Origin: Tepidisphaera sp.
GTDB taxonomy: Bacteria > Planctomycetota > Phycisphaerae > Phycisphaerales > UBA1924
Reading direction: 5' to 3'
NCBI GenBank assembly: GCA_050916045.1
Contig: CP051526.1
Span: 2,240,001 to 2,304,000, forward strand
DNA: 64,000 nucleotides
Numbering within the stretch: the stretch's first letter is position 1; each line of letters starts with the position of its first letter. The notes below the pieces were generated by a model, which had not been told where the DNA came from, made no database searches, and saw only the letters and a list, made by a program, of their open reading frames with translations. Positions 38,311-46,530 of the stretch are shown here, one piece after another. The translations under genes were made by a program, and so were the position numbers.

Positions 38311-38709
38311 ATGAGCCGCAACACCGACCTCCCCTCCCTCCCCCTCTACGCCCAGGCTCTCATCGCCTCCCGCCTCGCGCTCCGCGCTGAGCTCTCCCAG
38401 CTCCCCGCCGCGCCCGCGGTCGCCCTGCGCGCCGCCCAAGCTCGCGCCGCCGCCGAATCCGGCTCCCGCGAAGCCACCACCGCCGCCACCCTCGGCACCA
38501 TCGCCGACCTCACCGCCGACCCCCGCGTCTCGGCCCTCCAGGTCGCCATCCTCCTCACCGCCGACATCGACCAGCTCCACTTCGCCTGCGCCGAAGCCGG
38601 CCTCCCCGCCCACGCCCCCCTCACCCCCCACATCCTCGCCCGCCTCGCCCCCTGCCACCCCCTCAACCTCACCGACACACCCCACAACCCCGAGGACGAC
38701 TTCCGATGA
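38311..38709 (+). CDS. Hypothetical protein
   Basis: 132 aa with strong C-ending codon bias; ATGA overlap with the next gene. Confidence 0.5.
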   Translation: MSRNTDLPSLPLYAQALIASRLALRAELSQLPAAPAVALRAAQARAAAESGSREATTAATLGTIADLTADPRVSALQVAILLTADIDQLHFACAEAGLPAHAPLTPHILARLAPCHPLNLTDTPHNPEDDFR

Positions 38710-39446
38710 CCTGGCTCTTCACCATCCTCGCCGGCCTCCTCGGCGCCCTCGCCGGCGGCGCCGGCATGCTCGGCCTCGGCAGCCTCTTCGTCCGCTGGTT
38801 CCGCATCTCAAGCTTCGAAGGCGGCTCGGGCTACTACGTCGTGGCCCTCACCCTGCTGGGCGCCATCGGCGGCCTGATCGTCGCCGCCGTCGCCGCCCGC
38901 CTTGGTTACGCCAACTTCGGCCCGGCGTGGTACATCCAGCCCGCGACCGGCCTCGCCGCCGTCGCCCTCGCCCTGGGCCTGGTCCTCGGCCTGGGCTACC
39001 TGCGAGCCGACTTCGAGCCCGACACCGACCCGCGCGGGCTCGTCGTCGCGTGGGAGATCCGCCTCCCCGCCGATGACGGGACCGACGCGTTCGCTTCACG
39101 CACCCCGCCCGCCGACTGGCCAGAGACCGAGCTCAAGCTCCAACTCGTCAACGTCCGCCGCGGCAAGACCCGCGGCTACGAGAGCGCGGCGTTCGACCGC
39201 GCCGCGTTCCGGCAGGAAAGCGGCCAGTGGATCCTGCCCGCGAAGGTCCCGCTCTTCACGGCCAAGGGCGAGTTCTGCGTGAACCTGACGACCGGCGGCC
39301 GGGACGACGGCTTCTGGCCCACCGTCCCCGCCATCCCCTCCGAGCCGCACTTCGAATGGTCCCCCTGGTACCGCACCAACAAAGGCATGGCCAAGCCCTC
39401 CGACCAGCAAGCCACCATGTACCGCTTCCGCATCGAGAAGCCGTGA
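38706..39446 (+). CDS. Hypothetical membrane protein
   Basis: Three N-terminal TM segments with ISSFEGGSGY loop, then a soluble beta-rich domain. Confidence 0.7.
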   Translation: MTWLFTILAGLLGALAGGAGMLGLGSLFVRWFRISSFEGGSGYYVVALTLLGAIGGLIVAAVAARLGYANFGPAWYIQPATGLAAVALALGLVLGLGYLRADFEPDTDPRGLVVAWEIRLPADDGTDAFASRTPPADWPETELKLQLVNVRRGKTRGYESAAFDRAAFRQESGQWILPAKVPLFTAKGEFCVNLTTGGRDDGFWPTVPAIPSEPHFEWSPWYRTNKGMAKPSDQQATMYRFRIEKP

Positions 39447-39478
39447 CGAACGGCGACAATCCGAAGTCGCGGCGGACC

Positions 39479-40807
39479 TCACCGCTCATCGACCCACACT
39501 CGATCGGACGGCGGGTCGCGATCGCTTGACGTGAAAGCCCCCCAGGGACGCGCGGTTTCAGCAAGGGCCTTTCCATCGTTGTCGAGCCCGTCGGCTCCGA
39601 AGGAGTAGAGCAGGAATCGGTCGCCGATCCGGCGCAGGCGGATGACCTTGCCGGAGCTGGCGTCGGGCACGATCTCGCCGAAGCCCGAGCGACGCAGCGC
39701 TTCGGAGCTCTCGGGAAAGCTTCCGTAGACGTCTTTGTACGCTCGGACGCCGAGAGTCGTGACCAACCCGAGCCACTCGGCGCGCATGGCGCGATAGGTC
39801 TGAAACGCACGCCTGTCGATACGGATCTTGTCTTGCTCCGGCCCGGTGAGGGGATCGAGCTGGGCTTGCTGAACGGATTGAATGGACTCCCAGGCTTCGG
39901 AGAATGAGTCGAGGTCGTCGGAGCGCTCGAAAGCCTGGATGATGGCTTCGGCTCGCTTGGCCATGTCGGTTCGTACTTGCTCGTCCTTGGCGAGTTCCGG
40001 GGTCAACCGTTCGAGATCGCGACGCACGAGACGGGCGATGGAGCGCGACCACGCGGGGTCGCCGCGACGAAGGAGGCACTGCCTGATGAGGAGCTTCTGA
40101 TCGAGGGGGAGACCGCGCCGGTCGCAGAGCCACCAAAGGGCGAGGGTCGAGCGGCTGACCTCGCGGTTGATCTCCATCAGGACATCCGTCGTGGATACCC
40201 GAGGTTCGGAGCCGTCATCGATGGTTGACGTCGCCAAGCACTGCGTCATGAGCAGCTGGGACAGGGCCGCGAAGCGGAGCCCGCTTGTATCGGCATCCTC
40301 GCGTGTGAGCACGGCCAGCCCGGCGAAGGTCATGCAGAGTTCTTTGACCCTCGTTTCACCAAGAGGCTTGATGGAACCGGGCTCAGCAGCAGGTTGGGCG
40401 TTGAGGGCGCGGACAACCTCGACGTTTGGATCCGCCCAGGCCGCATCAAGCAGGTCGCCGGCGCGGGCTTGGGCGAGCCGTTCGGCGAAGGCTCGGAGGT
40501 AGATTTGGGCGGCCGGCGCGAGCTCCGCGCCCAAGCCGTTCTGCGCGGCGGTCCAGAGTGTTCCGCCTGCGGAGAAGGCATCCCATTCAATGTCGCCTTT
40601 CGCCTGGGCTTTCTTGGTGGCTTCATCGGCCTCCTGAACGATTCGGATGAAAGCTTCGAGAGGGGAGTTGCGAGTGGCTTCGCGGAAGGGCGAGGGCGTT
40701 CGCGATTCGGGGATGATGTCATCGAGGACGGGTCGCGATGTGCTTGCGAGCAACGGCATGGCGAGAGCGGCGAGGAACAACTGGAGAGGAGCGAATCGTG
40801 GATGCAT
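39479..40807 (-). CDS. Secreted hypothetical protein with C-terminal pseudopilin-like motif
   Basis: Signal-peptide-like MHPRFAPLQLFLAALAMPLLA; C-terminal AYKDVYGSFPES..PD..FLLYSFGADGLDNDG resembles the GspG C-terminus. Confidence 0.6.
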   Translation of the reverse strand: MHPRFAPLQLFLAALAMPLLASTSRPVLDDIIPESRTPSPFREATRNSPLEAFIRIVQEADEATKKAQAKGDIEWDAFSAGGTLWTAAQNGLGAELAPAAQIYLRAFAERLAQARAGDLLDAAWADPNVEVVRALNAQPAAEPGSIKPLGETRVKELCMTFAGLAVLTREDADTSGLRFAALSQLLMTQCLATSTIDDGSEPRVSTTDVLMEINREVSRSTLALWWLCDRRGLPLDQKLLIRQCLLRRGDPAWSRSIARLVRRDLERLTPELAKDEQVRTDMAKRAEAIIQAFERSDDLDSFSEAWESIQSVQQAQLDPLTGPEQDKIRIDRRAFQTYRAMRAEWLGLVTTLGVRAYKDVYGSFPESSEALRRSGFGEIVPDASSGKVIRLRRIGDRFLLYSFGADGLDNDGKALAETARPWGAFTSSDRDPPSDRVWVDER

Positions 40808-40914
40808 GGTGTGTTCCGTACTCGGACTGATCCTTGATGTTCCGAGCGGTTTTGGGGCGGGGAGCACGACTTGTCGCCTCGTGCCGGGTGGGCGGGTCTG
40901 TTTCTGCGGCACCT

Positions 40915-41047
40915 GACGGAGTGTAACCGAAGGTGGGCGAGCGACGACCTGCCGCTTTGGAGGGATGATGGCACCCGGCAGCACTTCACTAAGTCTAACC
41001 GAAGGCGGGCTTGCTACGGCCTGCCGCTTTGGAGGCATGGTGGCACG
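40915..41047. repeat. Two-copy direct repeat, period 72 bp
   Basis: taaccgaagg.ggg...gc.acg.cctgccgctttggagg at 40924 and 40996. Confidence 0.75.
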
Positions 41048-41055
41048 CCTCGGTG

Positions 41056-41157
41056 CGACCGGTCGGACGGGGGTCGCGAGGTTGGGGGCGAGGGGTCCGG
41101 GGGTCGCGTTCGAAGACTCGCTTGACCCCCGGCTATGGGCGAGCAGCCCTTCGGGCT
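41056..41157 (-). repeat. REP/BIME-like element, family B, inverted copy
   Basis: 41096-41137 is the reverse complement of 15961-16002; gcccttcgggct hairpin. Confidence 0.8.
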
Positions 41158-41274
41158 GTGGAGCTCGCGGTGTGGGTCGTGTGCACTTTCGGGTGGGGTG
41201 CAGGGTTGGCGTGCCTCCTTTGTTGATGCGCCTTGTTGGCGTGCCTTAGGGACTTGGCGGGTTGGGGCGCGCAC

Positions 41275-41331
41275 CCCCTTGCTGGCGCTGCGGGCTCGTA
41301 GGCACACCCCTTGCTGGCGCTGCGGGTTCGT
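41275..41331 (-). repeat. Two tandem REP-like elements, family C
   Basis: ccccttgctggcgctgcgggYtcgt twice. Confidence 0.75.
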
Positions 41332-41402
41332 GGGGGCGGGGCTTGGTTTCATGTTTGCTTTAGGCGGGCGGGGCAGGGTTGGGGCATCGAAGGAGCTGAT
41401 GC

Positions 41403-41966
41403 ATGATGCAGTCATTGACAGGTCGGAAGGTGGCGGTGCTTGCGACGGACGGGGTGGAGCAGGTCGAGTTGACCTCGCCGGTGCAGGCTTTGAGGGAAGC
41501 CGGGGCGGAGGTTGCGATCGTGAGCTTGTTTGCTGGGGAGATTCAGGGATTCAACCATCACGAGAAGGCGGATCGGTTCATCGTCGATCTCGTGGTGTCC
41601 CAAGCTTCAGCGTCGATCTTCGACGCTCTTCTCATTCCCGGGGGCGTCGCCAATCCCGACGCTCTCCGCGCCGATCCTGACGCGGTGAACTTTGTCCGGC
41701 AGTTCTTCGAGCAGCACAAACCGGTCGCGGCGATCTGCCACGGTCCGTGGGTGCTGGCGGAGGCGGGCGTCCTCAAGGGGCGTCGCGTGACGTCGTTCCC
41801 GTCGATCAAGACTGACCTGATCAACGCGGGCGCGATCTGGAGCGATGAGGAGTGCGTGGTGGATCAGGGCCTGGTGACGAGCCGGAGCCCCAAGGACCTG
41901 GAGGCTTTCAACGCGAAGCTCATCGAAGAGATCGCGGAGGGAGTGCATCAGGGACAGCATGCGTGA
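41403..41966 (+). CDS. PfpI/DJ-1 family (type 1 glutamine amidotransferase-like) protein
   Basis: KVAVLATDGVEQVEL, LLIPGG, AAICHGPW, LVTSRSP; AAGGAG RBS. Confidence 0.93.
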   Translation: MMQSLTGRKVAVLATDGVEQVELTSPVQALREAGAEVAIVSLFAGEIQGFNHHEKADRFIVDLVVSQASASIFDALLIPGGVANPDALRADPDAVNFVRQFFEQHKPVAAICHGPWVLAEAGVLKGRRVTSFPSIKTDLINAGAIWSDEECVVDQGLVTSRSPKDLEAFNAKLIEEIAEGVHQGQHA

Positions 41967-42098
41967 ACCTCGGTTCGCGCCGGCAGGATCCCACGATTGA
42001 CAACACGAGATTGAGACCAGGGGTCCGAGATGTGAAATCTCGGCCCCGGTTTCATTTTTGCGATGAAGGAGCGGGGCCTTGGGGACGATGGAGGCTTG

Positions 42099-42302
42099 AT
42101 GTCCCCCACTTCCATCGCAGGGTCCGCGTCGGTGTCGTCCGAGGTCTCGATGGCGGTCGCTCGCAAGTCGCTTGATGCGCAGAAGGAGCAGGGCGCGGCG
42201 ATGGTGGCGCTGCTTGATTCGGCGGGCCGGATCGCGGCGGCGAACGCGGAGGTTGCGAGGGGCGGATCGAGCGCTGTGGGGAAAGTTGATCGATACGGAT
42301 GA
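42099..42302 (+). CDS. YjfB-like small protein
   Basis: VSMAVARKSLDAQKEQGAAMVALL..GKVD pattern; GGAGG RBS. Confidence 0.65.
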   Translation: MSPTSIAGSASVSSEVSMAVARKSLDAQKEQGAAMVALLDSAGRIAAANAEVARGGSSAVGKVDRYG

Positions 42303-42454
42303 GATCGGCCGTGCGGGTGGGTCGGGGTGACTATGATGAGGGGTCTGAAAGCCGCTCCATTCGGAGTTGGGCGGGCTCAAGGTCACCGACGCTTTTGATG
42401 GGCCCGAGTCCAAGCACCGGTATCACGTTTCGCACGGGCTTGGATCGATTCAGC

Positions 42455-42787
42455 ATGAAGATGTACGTAGGTAACTTGTCGTTCAACACTTCCGAAGGCC
42501 AGCTCCAGGCGCTCTTTGAGCCGTTTGGTGCGGTTTCTTCGGCGTCCCTTGTGATGGACCGCGAGACCGGCCGCCCCCGCGGCTTTGGTTTCGTCGAGAT
42601 GGCGAACGATGCGGAAGCGAAGGCTGCGATGGCGGCGCTTTCCGGAAAGAACGTGGATGGCCGTGACCTGACGGTCAACGAGGCCAAGCCGCGTGAAGCG
42701 GGCGGCGGCGGTGGTCGCGGCGGCTTCGGCGGCGGCGGGAGCCGTGGCGGCGGCGGTGGTGGTGGCGGCGGCCGCGGCGGCTGGTAA
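42455..42787 (+). CDS. RRM RNA-binding protein with Gly-rich tail
   Basis: RNP2 MYVGNL, RNP1 RGFGFVEM, LTVNEA. Confidence 0.95.
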   Translation: MKMYVGNLSFNTSEGQLQALFEPFGAVSSASLVMDRETGRPRGFGFVEMANDAEAKAAMAALSGKNVDGRDLTVNEAKPREAGGGGGRGGFGGGGSRGGGGGGGGGRGGW

Positions 42788-42814
42788 ACCAGTCGGACAG
42801 ATTTGATTCTTGTG

Positions 42815-42845
42815 AAAGCCCCGACTTCGGTCGGGGTTTTTCTTT
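42815..42845 (+). terminator. Rho-independent terminator
   Basis: aaagccccgac-ttcg-gtcggggttttt-cttt. Confidence 0.85.
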
Positions 42846-42884
42846 GGGGGAGGGGGAGGGAGGGGGTGGAACTGGAAGTTGAAG

Positions 42885-42932
42885 TTTCAAATCGCAAATC
42901 TGAAATCTCAAATCTGGAATTTTAAGTTCCGA
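42885..42932. repeat. Heptamer tandem repeat (AATCTSA-like)
   Basis: tttcaaatcgcaaatctgaaatctcaaatctggaattttaagttccgaa. Confidence 0.75.
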
Positions 42933-43093
42933 ACGGTGGATGGCTGAGTTGCGAGGTTGAGGGGGTATCAAGCCCGGGGGACTTGCTTGGGCTTCGTCGC
43001 TTGAGGGGGCTTGCGTGGGTTGGTGGGGTTGCGGTAGAATCGCGGGATTGCACGGGCGTTGTGCACGGGCGTGGTCCCAGGGAGATTCGAGCG

Positions 43094-43573
43094 ATGTTGA
43101 GCCAACCGGAGAAGCAGCACGAGTGGCTGAAGCAGCTTGCGGGGGAGTGGACGTGCGAGGGGGAGTGCTTCATGGGGCCGGATCAGCCGCCGATGAAGAG
43201 CAAGGGGACGGAGCGGGTGGTGATGCTCGGGGATCTGTGGGTGATCCTGGAGGGGAAGGGCGAGATGCCGGACGGCGGCGCGATGGAGTCGCGGATGACG
43301 GTCGGGTATGACCCGACGAAGAAGAAGTTCGTGGGGACGTGGATCGGTTCGCCGATGGCGCACCTGTTCGTGTACGAGGGGGAGCTTGACGCGACGGGGA
43401 AGGTGCTGCCGCTCAGGACGATGGGGCCGAGCTTCATGGATCCGACGAAGCTGGTGGAGTATCACGACGTGATCGAGATCACGGGGCCGAATGAGCGGCT
43501 GCTCTGGTCGCAGACGCAGGGGCCGGACGGGAAGTGGATGCGGTTCATGACGGCGAGGTACACGCGGGTCTGA
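43094..43573 (+). CDS. DUF1579 family protein
   Basis: PEKQHEWLKQLAGEW, GYDPTKKKFVGTWIGS, YTR C-terminus. Confidence 0.8.
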   Translation: MLSQPEKQHEWLKQLAGEWTCEGECFMGPDQPPMKSKGTERVVMLGDLWVILEGKGEMPDGGAMESRMTVGYDPTKKKFVGTWIGSPMAHLFVYEGELDATGKVLPLRTMGPSFMDPTKLVEYHDVIEITGPNERLLWSQTQGPDGKWMRFMTARYTRV

Positions 43574-43713
43574 GTGGGGGCGGCGATCGCTTGAAGGTCG
43601 CGGATGGACGCGAAAATGCGGGCGCGGGATGACGGAAACGGGAGTTTCGGGATTCATCGATTCGGAGAGAGGGTGCTTCGGGTCGCGGAATTTCGTGGAG
43701 GGATCACGAAGCG

Positions 43714-44034
43714 ATGATGTCGAGAAACCAGGCGGTCCTGATCGGGCAGGCGATCGTCGACGCGATGGCGGGAGGGTCGGGTAGGTGGCGGGTGGTTGAG
43801 TCTTCAGTTCGAGAAGTGTCGTTCGGATGGGTGCTTTGGTACAACTCCACGGAGTATCTTGACGGTGATTTATCGAAGGGGTTGTACGGACCGGGTCCCA
43901 TGTGCTTCAACAAGGTCACGTGGGATATCAAGAACTTTGGATCCTTGACGACGCTGGAGGAAGCGATCGCGGAATGCGAGCGTTGTTGGCGCGCGAATTC
44001 CGCTGCATGGAAGGCGAACGCGAGCGGCGTATGA
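43714..44034 (+). CDS. YrhB/Imm35-like small protein
   Basis: FGWVLWYNSTEYL.GD....L.GPGP..FNK pattern. Confidence 0.5.
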   Translation: MMSRNQAVLIGQAIVDAMAGGSGRWRVVESSVREVSFGWVLWYNSTEYLDGDLSKGLYGPGPMCFNKVTWDIKNFGSLTTLEEAIAECERCWRANSAAWKANASGV

Positions 44035-44040
44035 ACGGTG

Positions 44041-44127
44041 TGACCCCTTCGGGGTCAAGCGGCGCTACGGGGGTGTCTACCCGGGGGCGGTGCCCCCGGC
44101 TACTGGCGATGACCCCTGCGGGGTCAA
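44041..44127. repeat. REP/BIME-like element related to family B
   Basis: tgaccccttcggggtca .. ccggggg..cccccggcta .. tgacccctgcggggtca. Confidence 0.75.
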
Positions 44128-44179
44128 AGGCGTGGAGGGCTCGTGCGTGAGGGAGATTTCGCGTTGCTAGACTTCGGGA

Positions 44180-45370
44180 GTGCCGAAGTTTGAGTACATC
44201 GCGCTGGATGCGGCGGGCTCGCGGATCTCGGGCGTGTTGTCCGGGCCGTCGGAGCAGGCGGTGCTGGCGGAGCTTGACACGCGGCGGCTGACGCCGGTGA
44301 CGGTGAAGGCGCAGGCGGAGAAGCGGTCGCTGACCGGTGGAGTGAGGCCGCGTCCGCTGGGGCAGGCGTACAAGCAGCTTGCGGATCTGCTTCGGGCGGG
44401 GGTGCCGCTGATGCGCGGCCTGCGGCTGCTTGGGAATCGCAAGAGTCAGCCGCGGCTTGCGGCGGCGTTCGGCGAGCTTGCGGATCGTGTGGGGTCGGGC
44501 GAGGACCTCGCGAAGTCGATGGGCGAGCGGCCGGAGACGTTCCCGCCGGTGCACGTCGCGATGGTGCGTGCGGGGGAGCGGGGCGGGTTTCTCGGCAAGG
44601 TGCTCGAGCGGCTGGCGCAGATGGTGACCGCGCAGGCGGACCTTCGGTCGAAGGTGATGGCGAGCCTCACGTACCCGGCGGTGCTGGTGGTGCTGGGGAT
44701 CGTGATGATCACGGGCGTGTTCGCGTTCTTTGTGCCGCAGTTCCGCGAGATTCTCAAGGACAGCCGGGCGCCGCTGCCGTCGCTGACCAAGCTGCTTTTC
44801 GCGGCTTCGGACATCCTGTCGGCGTACTGGCCGGTGCTGGTGGTGCTGGCGGGGGCGGCGGCGGCCGGGGCGATCTACGCGCTGCGGAGCGCATCAGCGC
44901 AGCGGAAGCTTGACGTGATCCGGACGAAGCTGCCGGTCCTGGGGCCCTTGGCGAAGTCGCTCGCGGCGGCCCGCTTCTGCCGGATGCTGGGGACGATGAT
45001 GGAGAGCGGGGTGCCGCTTCTGGCGGGGATGCAGATCGCCAAGGAAGCCGCGGGCAACGTGCTGATGGAGGAAGCGATCACGAAAGCGGTCGAGAGCGTG
45101 CGGTCGGGCCAGCCGCTTTCGCCCCCGCTCGCCGAGAGCGGGATGTTCGATGATGATGTGATCGAGATGATCCAGGTGGCGGAATCGGCGAACAACCTGG
45201 GCGAGGTCCTGCTCACGATCGCGGACACGACCGAGGCGCGGGTGGACCGGATGATGACCTCGGCGGTGAAGCTGATCGAGCCCTTGATGCTGATCCTGCT
45301 GGCGAGCATCGTGGGGCTGATCGCGGCGGCGTTGGTCGTGCCGCTGACGCAGATGGGCAAGAGCGTCTGA
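44180..45370 (+). CDS. gspF: Type II secretion inner-membrane platform protein
   Basis: MPKFEYIALD, QLADLLRAGVPL, MVRAGERGG, SLTYP, LGTMMESGVPL, LIEP. Confidence 0.93.
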   Translation: MPKFEYIALDAAGSRISGVLSGPSEQAVLAELDTRRLTPVTVKAQAEKRSLTGGVRPRPLGQAYKQLADLLRAGVPLMRGLRLLGNRKSQPRLAAAFGELADRVGSGEDLAKSMGERPETFPPVHVAMVRAGERGGFLGKVLERLAQMVTAQADLRSKVMASLTYPAVLVVLGIVMITGVFAFFVPQFREILKDSRAPLPSLTKLLFAASDILSAYWPVLVVLAGAAAAGAIYALRSASAQRKLDVIRTKLPVLGPLAKSLAAARFCRMLGTMMESGVPLLAGMQIAKEAAGNVLMEEAITKAVESVRSGQPLSPPLAESGMFDDDVIEMIQVAESANNLGEVLLTIADTTEARVDRMMTSAVKLIEPLMLILLASIVGLIAAALVVPLTQMGKSV

Positions 45371-45404
45371 CGCACGGCCGAAGGATCCACAGGCCAGAAG
45401 CCCC

Positions 45405-45437
45405 AAAGAAGAAGGGCGCTCGTGGCGAGCGCCCTTC
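45405..45437 (-). terminator. Rho-independent terminator of the 45469-46215 gene, possibly bidirectional with gspF
   Basis: gaagggcgctcg-tgg-cgagcgcccttc hairpin; minus strand continues ttcttt. Confidence 0.7.
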
Positions 45438-45468
45438 CCGCGTGCTTTGGCTCTTGAGCCCGTTGGCC

Positions 45469-46215
45469 TTACGCCGCGAGGGAGAAGCCCGTGCTGGGTG
45501 AGGAGGCGAGCGTGAGGCCCAGGCCCACACCGCCGAAGGTGACGGCGTACGCGTCGCTCGGGATGCCGAACTTGCCGCCGCGGCGGGGCGAAACGATGTA
45601 CGTCACGCCGGTGGTGCCGCTTGGGATCGTCGCATCGGTGAAGGTGATGGTGCGGCTGCCGCCGGCTTCGCTCTGGCCGCTTCCGGCGGCGGTGCCGATC
45701 ACGGCGAAGCCGGGGTTGGGGTTGGCGACCGTCGGATTGAACCGGCGGGCGACGACGAAGCTGCCGCCGGTCGAGCTCGCGGCGTTGGTGGACTTCCAGC
45801 TCAGCGTGATCGAGCCGTCCGGGTTGAGCGCCACACCGAACCCCGTCGGCTGCCCGGGCGGGAGGCTCGAGCCCGGCACGGGCGGGATGGGCGCTGGGAT
45901 CTGCGCGAGGACGTACACGTTCGGATCGTTCTTGCTGTCGGCGTAGGCCTTGATGGTCTTGACCATCTCGCGGACCTTGTCGCTCATCGCGCCGGAGCCA
46001 TCGACGGCGTTGTAGAACGCTTCGGTCGCGGCTTTGGCGGCCTGCCGGGCGGCGAGGGCGGCGTTGTAGGCGGCGCGAGCGGCGGTGGTCTTGGTGGCCA
46101 GAAGCGTGACATCGGCGGGCAAAAGCCCGATCGCGGCCCCGGCCGAGGTCCACGGGGCGAGGTGCTGCTCGCAGAACTCGATGCGTTGAAGACGATCCGA
46201 CGGGATGACTGCCAT
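45469..46215 (-). CDS. Uncharacterised protein: helical N-domain, Pro linker, Fn3-like beta domain (paralog 2)
   Basis: GGAG RBS; full-length similarity to 25870-26571. Confidence 0.85.
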   Translation of the reverse strand: MAVIPSDRLQRIEFCEQHLAPWTSAGAAIGLLPADVTLLATKTTAARAAYNAALAARQAAKAATEAFYNAVDGSGAMSDKVREMVKTIKAYADSKNDPNVYVLAQIPAPIPPVPGSSLPPGQPTGFGVALNPDGSITLSWKSTNAASSTGGSFVVARRFNPTVANPNPGFAVIGTAAGSGQSEAGGSRTITFTDATIPSGTTGVTYIVSPRRGGKFGIPSDAYAVTFGGVGLGLTLASSPSTGFSLAA

Positions 46216-46337
46216 GCTGGACTCCGTTCCTCATGAAAGGCGGCGACGCGCCGCCGTGGTGTGCGTGCCCGCAAGGCTCGCAAGGCCCGTGCCATTCGGT
46301 GACACACCTTTGAGCCAGAGAGGAGGAAGGCGGGTGA

Positions 46338-46464
46338 AACACAGAGGGCACGGAGGGGCACTGAGGGAGGCAGGGGGGCAAATGGCCAAAGGGACAAATG
46401 GCCAAAGGGCCAAAGGGGGAGGGGGTGCGGGTGGGGGTGGGGGTGGGGGTGGGGGTGCGGGTGG
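46338..46464 (+). repeat. Simple-repeat cluster: 9-mer, 8-mer and (GGGGGT)n G-tract
   Basis: acacagagggcacggaggggcactgag; aatggccaaagggacaaatggccaaagggccaaa; gggggtgcgggtgggggtgggggtgggggtgggggtgcgggtgg. Confidence 0.8.
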
Positions 46465-46530
46465 CACCGCTCTCCGGAGCGGTGCGCGGTGTCTTGCGGC
46501 AAGGGCTGCGCTTCCTGCTAATCTACGGCC

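Noticed and set aside
25870..46215. Diversity-generating retroelement explanation for the two paralogs
   Set aside because: No reverse transcriptase, and no template/variable repeat pair differing only at adenines
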